The notes under the pieces: model-generated | The model's database searches: none | Told to the model about the DNA's origin: nothing | Seen by the model: only the letters and a program-made list of their open reading frames with translations | Shown: in pieces, positions 1 to 11,297 of the stretch | Layout of the letters: every line of letters begins with the position of its first letter | How positions within the stretch are numbered: the first letter of the stretch is position 1 | Made by a program: the position numbers and the translations under genes | Assembly (NCBI GenBank): GCA_963798845.1 | Contig: CAWCUS010000004.1 | Span: 256,001 to 320,000 of the forward strand | From: an uncultured Gemmatimonadales bacterium | Lineage (GTDB): Bacteria > Gemmatimonadota > Gemmatimonadetes > Longimicrobiales > RSA9 | Direction: 5' to 3' | DNA length: 64,000 bases

Positions 1-342
1 ACAGGGATCGAGGCGCACCCCGATGCAGTGGAGGAAGCGCGACGGGCGGCGCCGGAAGCTCGGTTCCTGGAGGGGCGAGTGGAAGCGCTGCTCCCGGACG
101 CGCTGCCGGCCGACCTGGTCGTGCTGAACCCGCCTCGTGCGGGTGTGGACGCGCAGGTGGCGCGCGCGTTGCGCCGACGGCCGACAAGACTCCTGTACGT
201 GAGCTGCGACCCGGCGACGCTGGCGCGCGACGTCCAGCGGCTGGGCGAGGCGTACCGGGTCGCGGGCGTCCGCTGCTTCGACCTCTTCCCGCAGACCGCG
301 CACGTGGAGACCGTCATGGAGCTGGAATGCGCTACTACGTGA
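1..342 (+). CDS. rlmD: 23S rRNA m5U methyltransferase (RlmD/TrmA family), C-terminal part; 5' truncated by window edge
   Basis: Motifs NPPRAG, YVSCDPATLARD, FDLFPQTAHVE. Confidence 0.85.
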   Translation, partial: TGIEAHPDAVEEARRAAPEARFLEGRVEALLPDALPADLVVLNPPRAGVDAQVARALRRRPTRLLYVSCDPATLARDVQRLGEAYRVAGVRCFDLFPQTAHVETVMELECATT

Positions 343-869
343 CGCTGGAAGGCCGGACCTTCGAGGTAGACCTCACGGGAGAAGTCCCCCGTGTGGACGG
401 CGAGCCGGTGGAGGCCGAGCTGGCGCGGGTCCCGGGCACGCCCACCCGTCACCTCCTGGCGAACGGCAGGTCGCACACGTTCGTTGCCCAGCGGCGCGGC
501 CGGCACGCGTGGGAGCTGCACCTGGACGGCGCCCGCTACGAGGCGGAAGTGCTGGACGAGCGGACGCGCGCGATCCGGGCCATGACCGGGCGAGCGGCAG
601 GCCCGCAGGGGCCGAAGCCAGTGCGCGCCCCAATGCCCGGCCTGGTCGTGGCGATCTTCGTGGAGCCCGGGGACGTGGTGGAGGCGGGGCAGAGCGTCGC
701 CATCATCGAGGCGATGAAGATGGAGAACGATCTGAAGGCGCCCGGGGCGGGCGTGGTCTCTCGGATCACCGTGGAGGAGGGCTCCCCGGTGGAGAAGGGC
801 GCGGTCATGATCGAGTTCAGGACTGCGCCGGATGGACAGGGCGAGGAGGCCGGGGACGGGGATGAGTGA
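327..869 (+). CDS. Biotin carboxyl carrier subunit of an acyl-CoA carboxylase
   Basis: APMPG and EAMKM biotinylation motif; adjacent to methylmalonyl-CoA mutase. Confidence 0.9.
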   Translation: MRYYVTLEGRTFEVDLTGEVPRVDGEPVEAELARVPGTPTRHLLANGRSHTFVAQRRGRHAWELHLDGARYEAEVLDERTRAIRAMTGRAAGPQGPKPVRAPMPGLVVAIFVEPGDVVEAGQSVAIIEAMKMENDLKAPGAGVVSRITVEEGSPVEKGAVMIEFRTAPDGQGEEAGDGDE

Positions 870-2436
870 GGACAGGGACGAGCGCCGCTTCGTGACCACG
901 AGCGGCGAGACGGTGCGGACGTGCTACGGTCCGGAGAGCGCGCCGGAGGCCGAGTCGCTGGGGCAGCCGGGTTCGTACCCGTTCACGCGGGGCGTGTACC
1001 CGAACATGTACCGCGGGCGGCTCTGGACCATGCGGCAGTATGCCGGCTTCGGGACGGCGCAGGAGACGAACGAGCGCTATCGCTATCTGCTGGGCGCGGG
1101 TCAGACCGGCCTGAGCGTGGCGTTCGATCTGCCCACACAGATGGGCTACGACTCCGACGCCGCCATGGCGGCAGGCGAAGTCGGGCGCGTGGGCGTGGCC
1201 ATCGACACGCTCGAGGACATGCGGACGCTGTTCGACGGGATCCCGCTGGAGCGGGTTTCGGTCTCCATGACCATCAACGCCACCGCAGCCATATTGCTGG
1301 CGCTGTATATCGCGCTGGGTGACGAGCGCGGAGTGCCGCGGGAGCGGCTGGCGGGAACGATCCAGAACGACATCCTGAAGGAGTACATCGCCCGGGGCAC
1401 GTACATCTACCCGGTCGAGCCGAGCCTGCGGCTGATCACGGACACGTTCGCGTTCTGCGCCCGCGAGGTGCCGCGCTGGAACACGATCTCCATCAGCGGC
1501 TACCACATCCGCGAGGCCGGGGCCACCGCCGCCCAGGAGATCGCGTTCACGTTCGCCAACGCGCTCGAGTACGTCGAGCGCGCCCTGGGTGCCGGGCTCG
1601 CCGTCGACGATTTCGCCCCTCGCCTCTCCTTCTTCTTCGCCGCCCACAACGACCTGTTCGAAGAGGTGGCGAAGTTCAGGGCCGCGCGGCGACTGTGGGC
1701 GCGGCTCATGCGTGAGCGCTACGGCGCCGCCGACGCATCGGCGAAGCTCCGCTTCCACACACAGACCGGCGGCGTCACGCTCACGGCGCAGCAGCCGATG
1801 AACAACGTGGTGCGCGTCACGGTACAGGCGCTCGCAGCCGTGCTGGGGGGAACGCAGTCGCTGCACACGAACGCGTACGACGAAGCGCTGGCGCTCCCCA
1901 CCGCCGAATCGGCGAAGCTGGCGCTGCGAACGCAGCAGATCCTGGGGCACGAGTCCGGCACGGGGCAGACGGTCGATCCACTGGGTGGCAGCTACTACGT
2001 GGAAGCGCTCACGGACGCGCTGGAGCGGCGCGCACGCGAGTACCTGGCGGAAGTCGACGAGCGCGGCGGCGCGGCGAAGGCGATCCCCTTCTTCCAGGAG
2101 GAGATCCACCGCGCGGCGTACGAGCACCAGCAGGCCGTGGAGTCCGGCGAGCGGGTGATCGTCGGGGTGAACGCGTACCGCGAGCAGGGCGCTCGCGTGC
2201 GCATCGAGCAGCCGGACTACCGGGCGCTCGAAGCGGGGCAGAAAGAGCGGCTGGCGGCGGTGAAGGCGCACCGGGACGGCAATGCGGTGGCGCGAGCGCT
2301 CGCCGCGGTTCGGGATGCGGCGCGGGGAGAGACCAACCTCCTGCCGCCGATGGTGGAGGGGGTGAAGGCGCTGGCGACGCTGGGCGAGATCAGCGACGTG
2401 CTGCGCGCGGAGTGGGGCGAGTACCGGGGAGCCTGA
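862..2436 (+). CDS. Methylmalonyl-CoA mutase, catalytic (N-terminal domain-only) subunit
   Basis: [37 protein letters not shown]; no B12-binding domain; ATG at 862 overlaps upstream stop. Confidence 0.92.
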   Translation: MSEDRDERRFVTTSGETVRTCYGPESAPEAESLGQPGSYPFTRGVYPNMYRGRLWTMRQYAGFGTAQETNERYRYLLGAGQTGLSVAFDLPTQMGYDSDAAMAAGEVGRVGVAIDTLEDMRTLFDGIPLERVSVSMTINATAAILLALYIALGDERGVPRERLAGTIQNDILKEYIARGTYIYPVEPSLRLITDTFAFCAREVPRWNTISISGYHIREAGATAAQEIAFTFANALEYVERALGAGLAVDDFAPRLSFFFAAHNDLFEEVAKFRAARRLWARLMRERYGAADASAKLRFHTQTGGVTLTAQQPMNNVVRVTVQALAAVLGGTQSLHTNAYDEALALPTAESAKLALRTQQILGHESGTGQTVDPLGGSYYVEALTDALERRAREYLAEVDERGGAAKAIPFFQEEIHRAAYEHQQAVESGERVIVGVNAYREQGARVRIEQPDYRALEAGQKERLAAVKAHRDGNAVARALAAVRDAARGETNLLPPMVEGVKALATLGEISDVLRAEWGEYRGA

Positions 2437-2754
2437 ATGCCGACCTACGAGTACCGGTGCCCGAAAGGGCACGAGTTCGAGAAATTCCAGCGCATGAGCG
2501 ATCCTCCGGTGGCGGAGTGTCCCGAGTGCGGGGAGAAGGGGGAGCGCGTTCTGTCGGGCGGCGCCGGTCTCCTGTTCAAGGGCCAGGGCTTCTACATCAC
2601 CGACTACCGGAGCGAGAGCTACAAGAAAGCAGCCGAGAAGGACAAGGGGGAGTCGAAGTCCGGGACGTCGTCCTCGGAATCGAAGCCCGAGTCCGGGTCG
2701 GGGTCCAAGGGTGAGAAGAAGGGCGATTCATCGTCGTCGAAAGGGAAGGAATGA
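2437..2754 (+). CDS. FmdB-family zinc-ribbon protein
   Basis: MPTYEYRC..H..CPECG and FKGQGFYITDY; low-complexity S/K tail. Confidence 0.9.
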   Translation: MPTYEYRCPKGHEFEKFQRMSDPPVAECPECGEKGERVLSGGAGLLFKGQGFYITDYRSESYKKAAEKDKGESKSGTSSSESKPESGSGSKGEKKGDSSSSKGKE

Positions 2755-4433
2755 CGGCCGAGGAGCGACTCGGGAGCGCACTGGCCGGGGCGCTGGCCTC
2801 GCTCGGAATCGAGGGCGCGGAGGTCCAGCTGGAGCGTCCGCGCAGCCCGGAGCACGGGGACCTGGCCACGAACGTGGCGCTCACGCTGGCGGGGCGTCTG
2901 AAGCAGCCGCCGCGCCAGGTGGCGCAGCGCATCGTGGACGCGCTGGACCTGGAAGGCGCGGGCGTGGCAGGCGTCGAGATCGCGGGCCCGGGTTTCCTGA
3001 ATTTCCGCCTGAGCCGCGCGGAGGTGGCGTCGCTCCTGGAGCGGGTTCTCCGGCAGGACGAGGCCTACGGTCGAACGAATGCGGAGACGCGGCGGCGTGT
3101 GATGGTGGAGTTCGTCTCCGCCAACCCGACGGGACCGCTTCACGTGGCGCACGGCCGCGGCGCGGCGCTGGGCGATGCCATGGCGAGGCTGCTGGAGTGG
3201 ACCGGGAACGAGGCGTGGCGCGAGTTCTACATCAACGACTCCGGCGTGCAGATCGACCGGCTGGCGGCGTCGCTGGAAGCGCGCTGGCGGCAGCAGCGGG
3301 GTGAGGCGGCGGAGATCCCGGAGGGCGGCTATCACGGCGACTACCTGGTGGATCTGGCCCGTGAGGCGGAGTCGGCCATGGGCGAGCGGCTCGCGCGGTC
3401 ATCGCCAGGGGAGCGGCTGACGCTCTTCCGGGACTACGCGGTGGAGGCGCTGGAAGCGGGGCAGGCGAAGGACCTGGAGGCCTTCGGCGTCGTGTTCAAT
3501 GAATGGTACCCCGAGAGCCGGGTCTACCGTGAGGGTCGGATCGAGGAGACGCTGGCGCTTCTGCGGGAGCGGGGGCTCACCTACGAGCACGAGGGGGCCA
3601 CGTGGCTGCGAACGAGCGAGTTCGGGGACGACAAGGACCGGGTGCTGATCAAGAGCGACGGGACGTACACCTATTTCGTTCCCGACATGGCGTATCACAG
3701 GGAGAAAGCGAGGCGCGGATTCGACCACGCGGTCAACGTGTGGGGGGCGGACCACCACGGCTACGTCCCGCGCATGCAGGCGGCGCTGGCGGCCATGGGG
3801 CTGGAGGGTTTCCTGGACGTGGAGATCGTCCAGATGGTGCGCATCCTCCGGGGGGGCGTGGAAGCGAAGCTGAGCAAGCGGGCCGGTGACTTCGTCACGC
3901 TGAGGGAGCTGTTCGACGAGACGGGCACGGACGTGGCCCGTTATTTCTTCCTGATGCGGCGGGGCGACACGCAGATGGTGTTCGATCTGGACCTGGCGCT
4001 GGACCACTCGGAGAAGAACCCGGTCTACAAGGTCCAGTACGCGCACGCCCGCATGATGAGCATCTTCCGCAAGGCGGGGGTGCCGGCGGAGCCGCCCGCG
4101 GAGGCCCAGCCGCTGGCTCGGCTGGCGACGTCGGACGAGCAGGAGCTGGTGAAGCAGCTGGCGCGCTTCCCGGAGGTGGTGGCACGGGCCGCGGAGGGTC
4201 GTGCGCCCCATCTGGTGTGCGACTACCTTGAGGAGACCGCCGGCATGGCCAACTCCTGGTACCACTCGGGGAATCCCAGCCGGAACCCGGAGCTTGCGGT
4301 CCTGGTGGACGATCCGGACCTTCGGGCGGCGCGGCTGGCGCTGGCCCGCGGGATCCGGATCGTGCTGCGCAACGGTCTCGGCGTGCTGGGTCTCAACGCC
4401 CCGTCGAGGATGGAGCGGGAGGAGGAGGCATGA
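2751..4433 (+). CDS. argS: Arginine--tRNA ligase
   Basis: EFVSANPTGPLHVAHGR (HIGH-like), WGADHHGY, KLSKRAG, VQYAHAR. Confidence 0.97.
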   Translation: MTAEERLGSALAGALASLGIEGAEVQLERPRSPEHGDLATNVALTLAGRLKQPPRQVAQRIVDALDLEGAGVAGVEIAGPGFLNFRLSRAEVASLLERVLRQDEAYGRTNAETRRRVMVEFVSANPTGPLHVAHGRGAALGDAMARLLEWTGNEAWREFYINDSGVQIDRLAASLEARWRQQRGEAAEIPEGGYHGDYLVDLAREAESAMGERLARSSPGERLTLFRDYAVEALEAGQAKDLEAFGVVFNEWYPESRVYREGRIEETLALLRERGLTYEHEGATWLRTSEFGDDKDRVLIKSDGTYTYFVPDMAYHREKARRGFDHAVNVWGADHHGYVPRMQAALAAMGLEGFLDVEIVQMVRILRGGVEAKLSKRAGDFVTLRELFDETGTDVARYFFLMRRGDTQMVFDLDLALDHSEKNPVYKVQYAHARMMSIFRKAGVPAEPPAEAQPLARLATSDEQELVKQLARFPEVVARAAEGRAPHLVCDYLEETAGMANSWYHSGNPSRNPELAVLVDDPDLRAARLALARGIRIVLRNGLGVLGLNAPSRMEREEEA

Positions 4434-5356
4434 GCATCGTCGTGGTGGGCAGCGTGGCCTTCGACCGGATCGAGACCCCGTTCGCTACCGCCGAGCGCAC
4501 GCTGGGCGGCGCGGCGACGTACTTCTCGGCCGCGGCGTCGCTGCTCCACCCGGTCCAGCTGGTGGGCGTGGTGGGTGACGACTTCGCCATGTCGGAGCTC
4601 GACTTCCTGGCACACAGGGGCGTGGACTTCGCCGGGCTGGAGCACCGTCACGGCGACAGCTTCTTCTGGGCCGGGCGCTACCACTACGACCTGAACACTC
4701 GCGACACGCTGGAGACGCGGCTGGGCGTGTTCGCCGAGTTCGACCCGAAGCTGCCGGCGTCGTACCGGGATGCGGAGCTGGTGTTCCTGGCCAACATCGA
4801 CCCGGAGCTGCAGCTGCGGGTGCTGGACCAGGTGCACGCGCCGAAGCTGGTGGCGTGCGACACCATGAACTACTGGATCGACCGCAAGCGAGACGCGCTG
4901 CTGGCGCTCCTGCCGAGGGTCGACTGCCTCATGCTCAACGACAGCGAGGCGCGCCAGCTGTCCGGCGACCACAACCTTGCCAGGGCGGCGCGCTGGATCC
5001 GGGAGCACGGCCCCCGGATCGTGGTGGTGAAGAAAGGCGAGCACGGGGCGCTGCTCTTCGCCGAGGACTGCACCTTCTTCGCGCCCGGCTACCCGCTGGA
5101 GGAGGTGTACGACCCCACCGGCGCGGGGGATGCCTTCGCAGGCGGGTTCATGGGGTGGCTCGGGCACGCCGGCGCGATCGATGCCGACGAGCTGCGGCGG
5201 GCGATGATCTTCGGCTCCGCCATGGGGTCGCTGGTGTGCGAGCGCATGGGGGTCGAGCGCCTCGCGGAGGCGAGCGTGGAGGAAGTGCACGGGCGAGTGG
5301 GGGAGTTCCGCCTGCTCACCGCGTTCGAGCAGCCGACGTCGCCGGTCCATGGCTGA
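4430..5356 (+). CDS. PfkB-family carbohydrate/nucleoside kinase
   Basis: GGAATYFS, KKGEHGA, DPTGAGDAFAGG. Confidence 0.92.
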   Translation: MSIVVVGSVAFDRIETPFATAERTLGGAATYFSAAASLLHPVQLVGVVGDDFAMSELDFLAHRGVDFAGLEHRHGDSFFWAGRYHYDLNTRDTLETRLGVFAEFDPKLPASYRDAELVFLANIDPELQLRVLDQVHAPKLVACDTMNYWIDRKRDALLALLPRVDCLMLNDSEARQLSGDHNLARAARWIREHGPRIVVVKKGEHGALLFAEDCTFFAPGYPLEEVYDPTGAGDAFAGGFMGWLGHAGAIDADELRRAMIFGSAMGSLVCERMGVERLAEASVEEVHGRVGEFRLLTAFEQPTSPVHG

Positions 5357-6389
5357 GCAGCTGAGCTACCGCGACGCCGGCGTCGACCGCGCGGCGGCCG
5401 ATCGGGCGAAGGACCGCATCGGCCGGCTGGTGGCGTCCACGGAGGTGGAGGGCGTCCTGTCCAAGGTCGGCTCCTTCGGCGGACTGTTCCGGGTCCCGCA
5501 GGACGGGAAGGCCCCGATCCTGGTGGCGAGCGCCGACGGCGTCGGGACGAAGCTGAAGGTGGCCATGCGCGCGGGACGTCACGACACCGTGGGGCACGAC
5601 CTGGTCAACCACTGCGTCGACGACATCCTCGTGGAGGGCGCGCGGCCCCTCTTCTTCCTCGACTACATCGGCATGGGCGTGCTGGACGAAAGCGTCGTGG
5701 AAGCCCTCGTTTCCGGGCTGGCGGCCGGGTGCCGGGAAAACGGCTGCGCGCTGCTGGGTGGGGAGACCGCGGAGATGCCGGACTTCTACGCGCCCGGCGA
5801 GTACGATCTGGCCGGGTTCATCGTCGGGCTGGTGGAAGAGGCCGGACGGCCGTCGAAAGCGCGCGTGCGTGACGGCGATGCGCTGGTGGCGCTGGCGTCG
5901 AGCGGATTCCACACGAACGGCTACTCCCTGCTGCGGAAGCTGCTCTTCGACCGCCTGGGGCTCGGCCTCGAGGATGCCTTCCCCGGGGTGGACGAGCCGG
6001 TAGGCGACGTCCTCCTCCGCGTACACCGCAGCTATCTCTCCGCCGTGGCGCCGCTGCTCGCGGACGGCGGCGTCCACGCCCTCGCCCATATCACGGGCGG
6101 CGGCATCCCGGGCAACCTGAACCGATCGCTCCCCGACGGGCTCCAGGCGAAAGTCGACCGGTCGACGTGGCGGGTGCCGCCCGAGTTCGACGGGGTGATG
6201 CGCACGGGCGGGATTCCGGAAGACGAGATGTACCGGACCTTCAACATGGGCGTCGGAATGATCCTCGTGGTGGCGCCGGACAGCGCGGGCGGGACGGTGT
6301 CCGCGCTGAACGCCGGCGGCGAGGACGCATGGGTGGCGGGGTCGGTGGGGCCACGCCCGGACGGCGCGGCCGCCGTGGCTCTCCTCTAG
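5349..6389 (+). CDS. purM: Phosphoribosylformylglycinamidine cyclo-ligase (AIR synthetase)
   Basis: YRDAGVD, DGVGTKL, GGETAEMP, SSGFHTNGYSL, HITGGG, TFNMGVG. Confidence 0.97.
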   Translation: MAEQLSYRDAGVDRAAADRAKDRIGRLVASTEVEGVLSKVGSFGGLFRVPQDGKAPILVASADGVGTKLKVAMRAGRHDTVGHDLVNHCVDDILVEGARPLFFLDYIGMGVLDESVVEALVSGLAAGCRENGCALLGGETAEMPDFYAPGEYDLAGFIVGLVEEAGRPSKARVRDGDALVALASSGFHTNGYSLLRKLLFDRLGLGLEDAFPGVDEPVGDVLLRVHRSYLSAVAPLLADGGVHALAHITGGGIPGNLNRSLPDGLQAKVDRSTWRVPPEFDGVMRTGGIPEDEMYRTFNMGVGMILVVAPDSAGGTVSALNAGGEDAWVAGSVGPRPDGAAAVALL

Positions 6390-6393
6390 GCGC

Positions 6394-7332
6394 ATGCATC
6401 GCCTGGCTGCCGCGCTCGTGGTCGGGCTCCTGCTCCAGGGCGCCGGTGCGCTCCGGGCGCAGGACGACGAGCTCGCGACCGCGTGCCTGGCGACGGCGTC
6501 GCCGGAGTGCTACACGGCCGTGGCTGCCGCGCGGAGCCTCCAGACGCGTGTCGGGCTCTCGCTCTTCGGAGGGAGCCCCGTCCCGGGCACGGCCAGCACA
6601 CTGGGGATGCGGCTGCCGGGCGTGCCGCGCGCCGCACTGTCGGCGCGGGTCACAGTGCTCCCGATATCGATTCCGCCGCTGCTGGACCCACCAGGCGGCG
6701 GCGAGACGGCGCTCATCCCCTCCATCGCCGTACAGGTGAGCGTGGCGGCGTTCTCCGGCTTCGCACCGATGCCGGCCGTCGGAGGTGTGCTGTCGCTGGA
6801 CGCGCTGCTGCGTGCGTCGCACGCGTGGCTGCCGGAAAGCCGGGGCTTCCGCGACCGGGGCGCGACCGGCTGGTCGGTGGGCGCACGCGTGGGCCTCCTG
6901 CGGGAGTCTCTCTGGCTCCCGGGGCTGTCGATCACCGGGACGTACGGCCGCGCGGGCACCGTCACGTTCGGCGACCCCCTGACCGGCTCCACCGCGGGAT
7001 TCGTTGAGGCGCCGGTCACCGACCGGGGCGCGACGCTCGCGCTCAGCCGGCACGTCGGGAAGCTCGACCTGGCGGTAGGCGCGGCCGTGCACCGGTACGG
7101 CGGGGCGGCATCGCTGGGGTACTCGTCGTCGGCGCTGGTCGCACAGCGGCGGGTGGATGCGGACGCGTCCAGCGCGCCGTGGAGCGGGTTCGCGAGCGCC
7201 GGCTGGAGCGGAGCGATCACCCGCTTCGCGGTTGAGGCGGGTTGGCAGCAGACGTATGGGAGCGCGGGCACGGATGCCGGCTGGCGGGGCTCGGGGTGGT
7301 GGGCGAGCGGCGCGTTCCGGTTGATCCTCTGA
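6394..7332 (+). CDS. Hypothetical exported protein, possibly an outer-membrane beta-barrel
   Basis: Signal peptide (..ALRA-QD), alternating hydrophobic strands, C-terminal AFRLIL; fills the gap in the operon. Confidence 0.65.
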   Translation: MHRLAAALVVGLLLQGAGALRAQDDELATACLATASPECYTAVAAARSLQTRVGLSLFGGSPVPGTASTLGMRLPGVPRAALSARVTVLPISIPPLLDPPGGGETALIPSIAVQVSVAAFSGFAPMPAVGGVLSLDALLRASHAWLPESRGFRDRGATGWSVGARVGLLRESLWLPGLSITGTYGRAGTVTFGDPLTGSTAGFVEAPVTDRGATLALSRHVGKLDLAVGAAVHRYGGAASLGYSSSALVAQRRVDADASSAPWSGFASAGWSGAITRFAVEAGWQQTYGSAGTDAGWRGSGWWASGAFRLIL

Positions 7333-7348
7333 GGCGCGGCAGGGAACC

Positions 7349-8485
7349 GTGAGCGAGCGAGAGACCGACGCCGGGTTCATGCGACGAGCTTTGGAGCTCG
7401 CGGCCGAGGGCTGGGGCCGCGTGCACCCGAACCCGCTCGTGGGCGCCGTCGTGGTGCGGGATGGGGACGTGGTCGGCGAGGGGGCGCACCGGGAGTTCGG
7501 CGGTCCGCACGCGGAGGTGGAGGCGCTGCGTCAGGCGGGGGAGAGGGCGCGGGGCAGCACGGTTTACGTCACGCTCGAGCCGTGCGGCCACCACGGCAAG
7601 ACGCCGCCGTGCGCCGACGCGCTGCTCGATGCGGGCGTCGCCCGGGTGGTCTACGCCGTCGCCGACCCGCACCCGCAGGCGGCGGGGGGCGCGGAGCGCC
7701 TGCGGCGGGGCGGGGTGGCGGTGACCGCGGGGGTGGAGGAAGAGCGCGCTCGGAGGCAGAACGCGCTCTTCCTGGTGCCGATCGAGCAGCAGCGCCCGTT
7801 CGTGGCGCTGAAGTTCGGGCTGACGCTGGACGCGCGGATCGCCGGGGGCCCGGGGGAGAGGACGCGCATCACGGGCGAGGCCGCGGAAGTCGAGGTGCAC
7901 CGGCTGCGGGCGGGCTTCGATGCCATCCTGGTCGGAGCGGGGACCGCCAGGGTTGACGATCCGCGTCTGACGGTGCGCCACGCGCCTCCGCCGCGACGTC
8001 CGCCCGTCCGGGTGGTGGCGGACGCGCGGGCCACGCTCCCGCTCGATGGGGCGCTCGCCCGGGGCGCGGAGGCATCCCGGGCGGGAAAGCGCGTGGAGGA
8101 ACGCTCGGGCGAGGGGCTGGAGTCCCCGGTGTGGGTCCTGTGCACGGAGGACGCACCGCCCGGGAGGGTCTCGGCGCTGGAGCAGCGCGGTGTGCGCGTC
8201 CTGCGGGTGCCGCGCGGGCCGGCGGGTGTCGACGCGGACGGGGCGCTGCGTCGGGTGTACGACGAGGGCGTGAGAACGATCCTGTGCGAAGGCGGCGGAC
8301 GGCTCGGTTCGGCGCTCCTGAGGGGTGGACACGTGGACCGGCTGTACCTGTTCTACGCCCCGGTTATCTTCGGGGACCATGCAGTGCCGGCCTTCCCGGG
8401 CCCGACGCCCGGTTTCCGGGGACGCGTGGTGGAGGCGCGCGACGTGGGGGGTGATTTCCTGTTGACCGTGGATCGGAGCGACTGA
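7349..8485 (+). CDS. ribD: Riboflavin biosynthesis deaminase/reductase
   Basis: PNPLVG, HAE, TLEPCGHHGKTPPC, CEGGG. Confidence 0.96.
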   Translation: MSERETDAGFMRRALELAAEGWGRVHPNPLVGAVVVRDGDVVGEGAHREFGGPHAEVEALRQAGERARGSTVYVTLEPCGHHGKTPPCADALLDAGVARVVYAVADPHPQAAGGAERLRRGGVAVTAGVEEERARRQNALFLVPIEQQRPFVALKFGLTLDARIAGGPGERTRITGEAAEVEVHRLRAGFDAILVGAGTARVDDPRLTVRHAPPPRRPPVRVVADARATLPLDGALARGAEASRAGKRVEERSGEGLESPVWVLCTEDAPPGRVSALEQRGVRVLRVPRGPAGVDADGALRRVYDEGVRTILCEGGGRLGSALLRGGHVDRLYLFYAPVIFGDHAVPAFPGPTPGFRGRVVEARDVGGDFLLTVDRSD

Positions 8486-9093
8486 TGTTCAGCGGGATCG
8501 TGGAGGCGGTGGGTCGAATCGCCAGGGTCGAGTCGGTCTCCAACGGGAGGCGGTTCGGTATCGAAGCGCCGTTCGCGGCCGAGCTGGGTGAAGGCGACTC
8601 CGTGGCGGTCGAGGGGGTGTGCCTGACGGCCACGTCGGTGTCCGATGGCGGCTTCGAAGTGGAGGCGATCGCCACCACGCTGTCACGCACCACGCTCGGG
8701 AAGCTGGAGCGGGGGTCGCCGGTGAACCTGGAGCGTGCGCTGGCGCTGGGGGAGCGACTCGGGGGTCACCTGGTACAGGGGCACGTGGACGGGGTGGGCG
8801 AGGTCGTGGGGGTGGCGAGGGAGGGAGAGCACGTGCTCCTGGACGTGCGCATGCCCGAGGTGGTGGGCGAGGTGACCGTCCTCCACGGCTCGATCGCCGT
8901 GGCCGGGGTGAGTCTCACGGTCAACGCGATGCCTGCAGCGGACGTGGCGCAGGTGGCGCTGATCCCGTATACCTGGGACCACACGACGCTTTCGGACCTC
9001 CGGCCCGGTGACGGGGTTAACCTCGAGGGGGACCTGCTGGGCCGGTTCGTGGTGGATTACCTGAAGAAGCGCGGCCAGGGGGAGGCCGGATGA
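8485..9093 (+). CDS. ribE: Riboflavin synthase
   Basis: MFSGIV N-terminus, [22 protein letters not shown]. Confidence 0.96.
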   Translation: MFSGIVEAVGRIARVESVSNGRRFGIEAPFAAELGEGDSVAVEGVCLTATSVSDGGFEVEAIATTLSRTTLGKLERGSPVNLERALALGERLGGHLVQGHVDGVGEVVGVAREGEHVLLDVRMPEVVGEVTVLHGSIAVAGVSLTVNAMPAADVAQVALIPYTWDHTTLSDLRPGDGVNLEGDLLGRFVVDYLKKRGQGEAG

Positions 9094-10418
9094 ACCAGAA
9101 AGAATCAGCGTTCGACACGGTCGAGGAGGCCATTCGCGAGATCCGCGACGGCCGCATGGTGATCGTCGCGGACGACGAGGATAGGGAAAACGAGGGGGAC
9201 CTGGTCTGCGCGGCGGCCAAGATCACCCCGGACGCGATCAACTTCATGGCGATGCACGCCCGCGGTCTGATCTGCGTGGCGGTCACGCCTACGCGCGCGG
9301 ACCAGCTGGGACTCCCGCTCATGCAGGAGCACAACACCGAGTCCTTCCGGACCGCCTTCACGGTGAGCGTGGACGGGCACCCGCGCTTCGGGGTGACCAC
9401 GGGGATCAGCGCGCACGACCGGGCCAGGACCATCGAGCTCCTGGTGGACCCGGAGACGCGGCCGGGCGACCTGCGGCGGCCGGGGCACGTGTTCCCGCTG
9501 CGGGCTGTGCCAGGAGGCGTTCTGCGTCGCGTGGGGCAGACTGAAGCGTCGGTGGACCTGGCGCGGCTGGCCGGACTCCCGCCGGCGGGCGTGATCTGCG
9601 AGATCATGAATCCGGACGGCACCATGGCCCGGCGCCAGCAGCTGGAGGTGTTCGCGAAGGAGCACGGTGTGAAGTTCATCACAGTGGCCCAGATCGTGGC
9701 ATACCGGCTGGCGAACGAGCGCCTGGTGCGGCGGGTGGCGGAGGCGTCGCTGCCCACGAGTCACGGCGAGTTCAGGGTCATCGCGTTCGAGAACCAGGTG
9801 GACGGGCTGGAGCACGTGGCTCTGGTGCGCGGGGCGATCGAGGGCGAATCGAACGTGCTGGTGCGCATGCACTCGGAGTGCCTCACGGGCGACGTCTTCC
9901 ACTCCGAGCGCTGCGACTGCGGCGCCCAGCTGGACGCAGCCATGCGCCAGATCGCGGAGGCGGGAAAGGGCGCGATCGTCTACCTGCGCCAGGAAGGGCG
10001 GGGGATCGGGCTGGCGAACAAGATCCGGGCCTACGCGCTCCAGGACGACGGGCAGGACACGGTCGAGGCCAACAAGTCGCTGGGCTTCAAGCCGGACCTG
10101 CGCGACTACGGGATCGGCGCCCAGATCCTCCTGGACCTCGGACTGAGCTCGATCCGGCTGCTCACGAACAACCCGCGCAAGATCGTGGGCCTCGAAGGCT
10201 ACGGCCTCACCATCACGGGGCGCGTGCCGATCCAGATCGCTCCGACGGCCTTCAACCGCGGCTATCTGGAGACCAAGCGGAGCAAGCTCGGCCATATCCT
10301 GCCGGAGCCCATCGACCCCGCCATGGGCGATGGCGTCTCGCCGTCCCGTGTGCCTGAGGCGCGGGCTGCGCCGAGGCCTGCGCGCGCCGAAGAGGTGGCC
10401 GCGGAAAGCGAGGCATGA
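9090..10418 (+). CDS. ribBA: Bifunctional DHBP synthase / GTP cyclohydrolase II
   Basis: [47 protein letters not shown]. Confidence 0.97.
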   Translation: MNQKESAFDTVEEAIREIRDGRMVIVADDEDRENEGDLVCAAAKITPDAINFMAMHARGLICVAVTPTRADQLGLPLMQEHNTESFRTAFTVSVDGHPRFGVTTGISAHDRARTIELLVDPETRPGDLRRPGHVFPLRAVPGGVLRRVGQTEASVDLARLAGLPPAGVICEIMNPDGTMARRQQLEVFAKEHGVKFITVAQIVAYRLANERLVRRVAEASLPTSHGEFRVIAFENQVDGLEHVALVRGAIEGESNVLVRMHSECLTGDVFHSERCDCGAQLDAAMRQIAEAGKGAIVYLRQEGRGIGLANKIRAYALQDDGQDTVEANKSLGFKPDLRDYGIGAQILLDLGLSSIRLLTNNPRKIVGLEGYGLTITGRVPIQIAPTAFNRGYLETKRSKLGHILPEPIDPAMGDGVSPSRVPEARAAPRPARAEEVAAESEA

Positions 10419-10900
10419 CGATGGCGGAATACGAGGGGAGCCCCGAGGGCGAGGGGCGGCGGTTCGTCATCGTGGTCTCCCGCTTCAACGAGCTCGTGAC
10501 GGAACGCCTGCTGGAGGGCGCGCGCTCGTGCCTGGCCCAGCACGGCGTCGAAGCCGCCGCGCTGGACGTGGTCTGGGTGCCGGGAGCGTTCGAGCTCCCG
10601 TCGGCGGCGGCGGTCGCGGTTCGCGCTGGCAGCTATGACGGCGTGGTCGCCATCGGGTGCGTGATCCGCGGCGAGACGCCCCACTTCGACTTCGTTGCCG
10701 GCGAGGCGGCTCGCGGGCTCCAGGACCTGGCGCTGCGGGAGGGTGTCCCGGTCGGCTTCGGCGTGCTCACCACCGACACCCGCGACCAGGCACTGGCGCG
10801 GGCGGGAGGGGAGAAGGGGAACAAGGGCTGGGAGGCGGCGCTCACGGCGCTGGAAATGGCGGATCTCTTCGGACGGCTGCAGGGTGCGGGACCGGACTAA
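10415..10900 (+). CDS. ribH: 6,7-dimethyl-8-ribityllumazine synthase
   Basis: [28 protein letters not shown]. Confidence 0.97.
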   Translation: MTMAEYEGSPEGEGRRFVIVVSRFNELVTERLLEGARSCLAQHGVEAAALDVVWVPGAFELPSAAAVAVRAGSYDGVVAIGCVIRGETPHFDFVAGEAARGLQDLALREGVPVGFGVLTTDTRDQALARAGGEKGNKGWEAALTALEMADLFGRLQGAGPD

Positions 10901-11297
10901 GGCGAGGGAGTGGGCGCTGCTCGTCCTCTACGCCTGGGAGAGCCGCGGTCCGGATGCGGAGCTGGAGGCGATCCTCCAGGACTTCCTCACGCGCCGGCGG
11001 ATCGGGAGCGAGAGCCGCGTCTACCTCCGTCGCCTGATCGATGCGGTCCAGGAGGACATGGGAGCGTTGGACGCCGAGATCCAGAGGTCGGTGGCGAACT
11101 GGCGCCTCGAGCGGGTCGCGGTGGTGGACCGCAACATCCTCCGGATCGCGGCGACGGAAATGATGCGGTTCGAGGATATCCCGCCGCGTGTCTCGATCCA
11201 GGAAGCGCTGGGGCTCGCGGAGAAGTACGGGGCCGACCAGAGCCCGCGCTTCGTCAACGGAGTCCTGGACGGCCTGATGCGCCAACTCGGACGCTGA
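10884..11297 (+). CDS. nusB: Transcription antitermination factor NusB
   Basis: NWRLERVAVVDRNILR, EKYG..FVNGVLD; conserved position after ribH; GTG start inferred. Confidence 0.93.
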   Translation: MRDRTKAREWALLVLYAWESRGPDAELEAILQDFLTRRRIGSESRVYLRRLIDAVQEDMGALDAEIQRSVANWRLERVAVVDRNILRIAATEMMRFEDIPPRVSIQEALGLAEKYGADQSPRFVNGVLDGLMRQLGR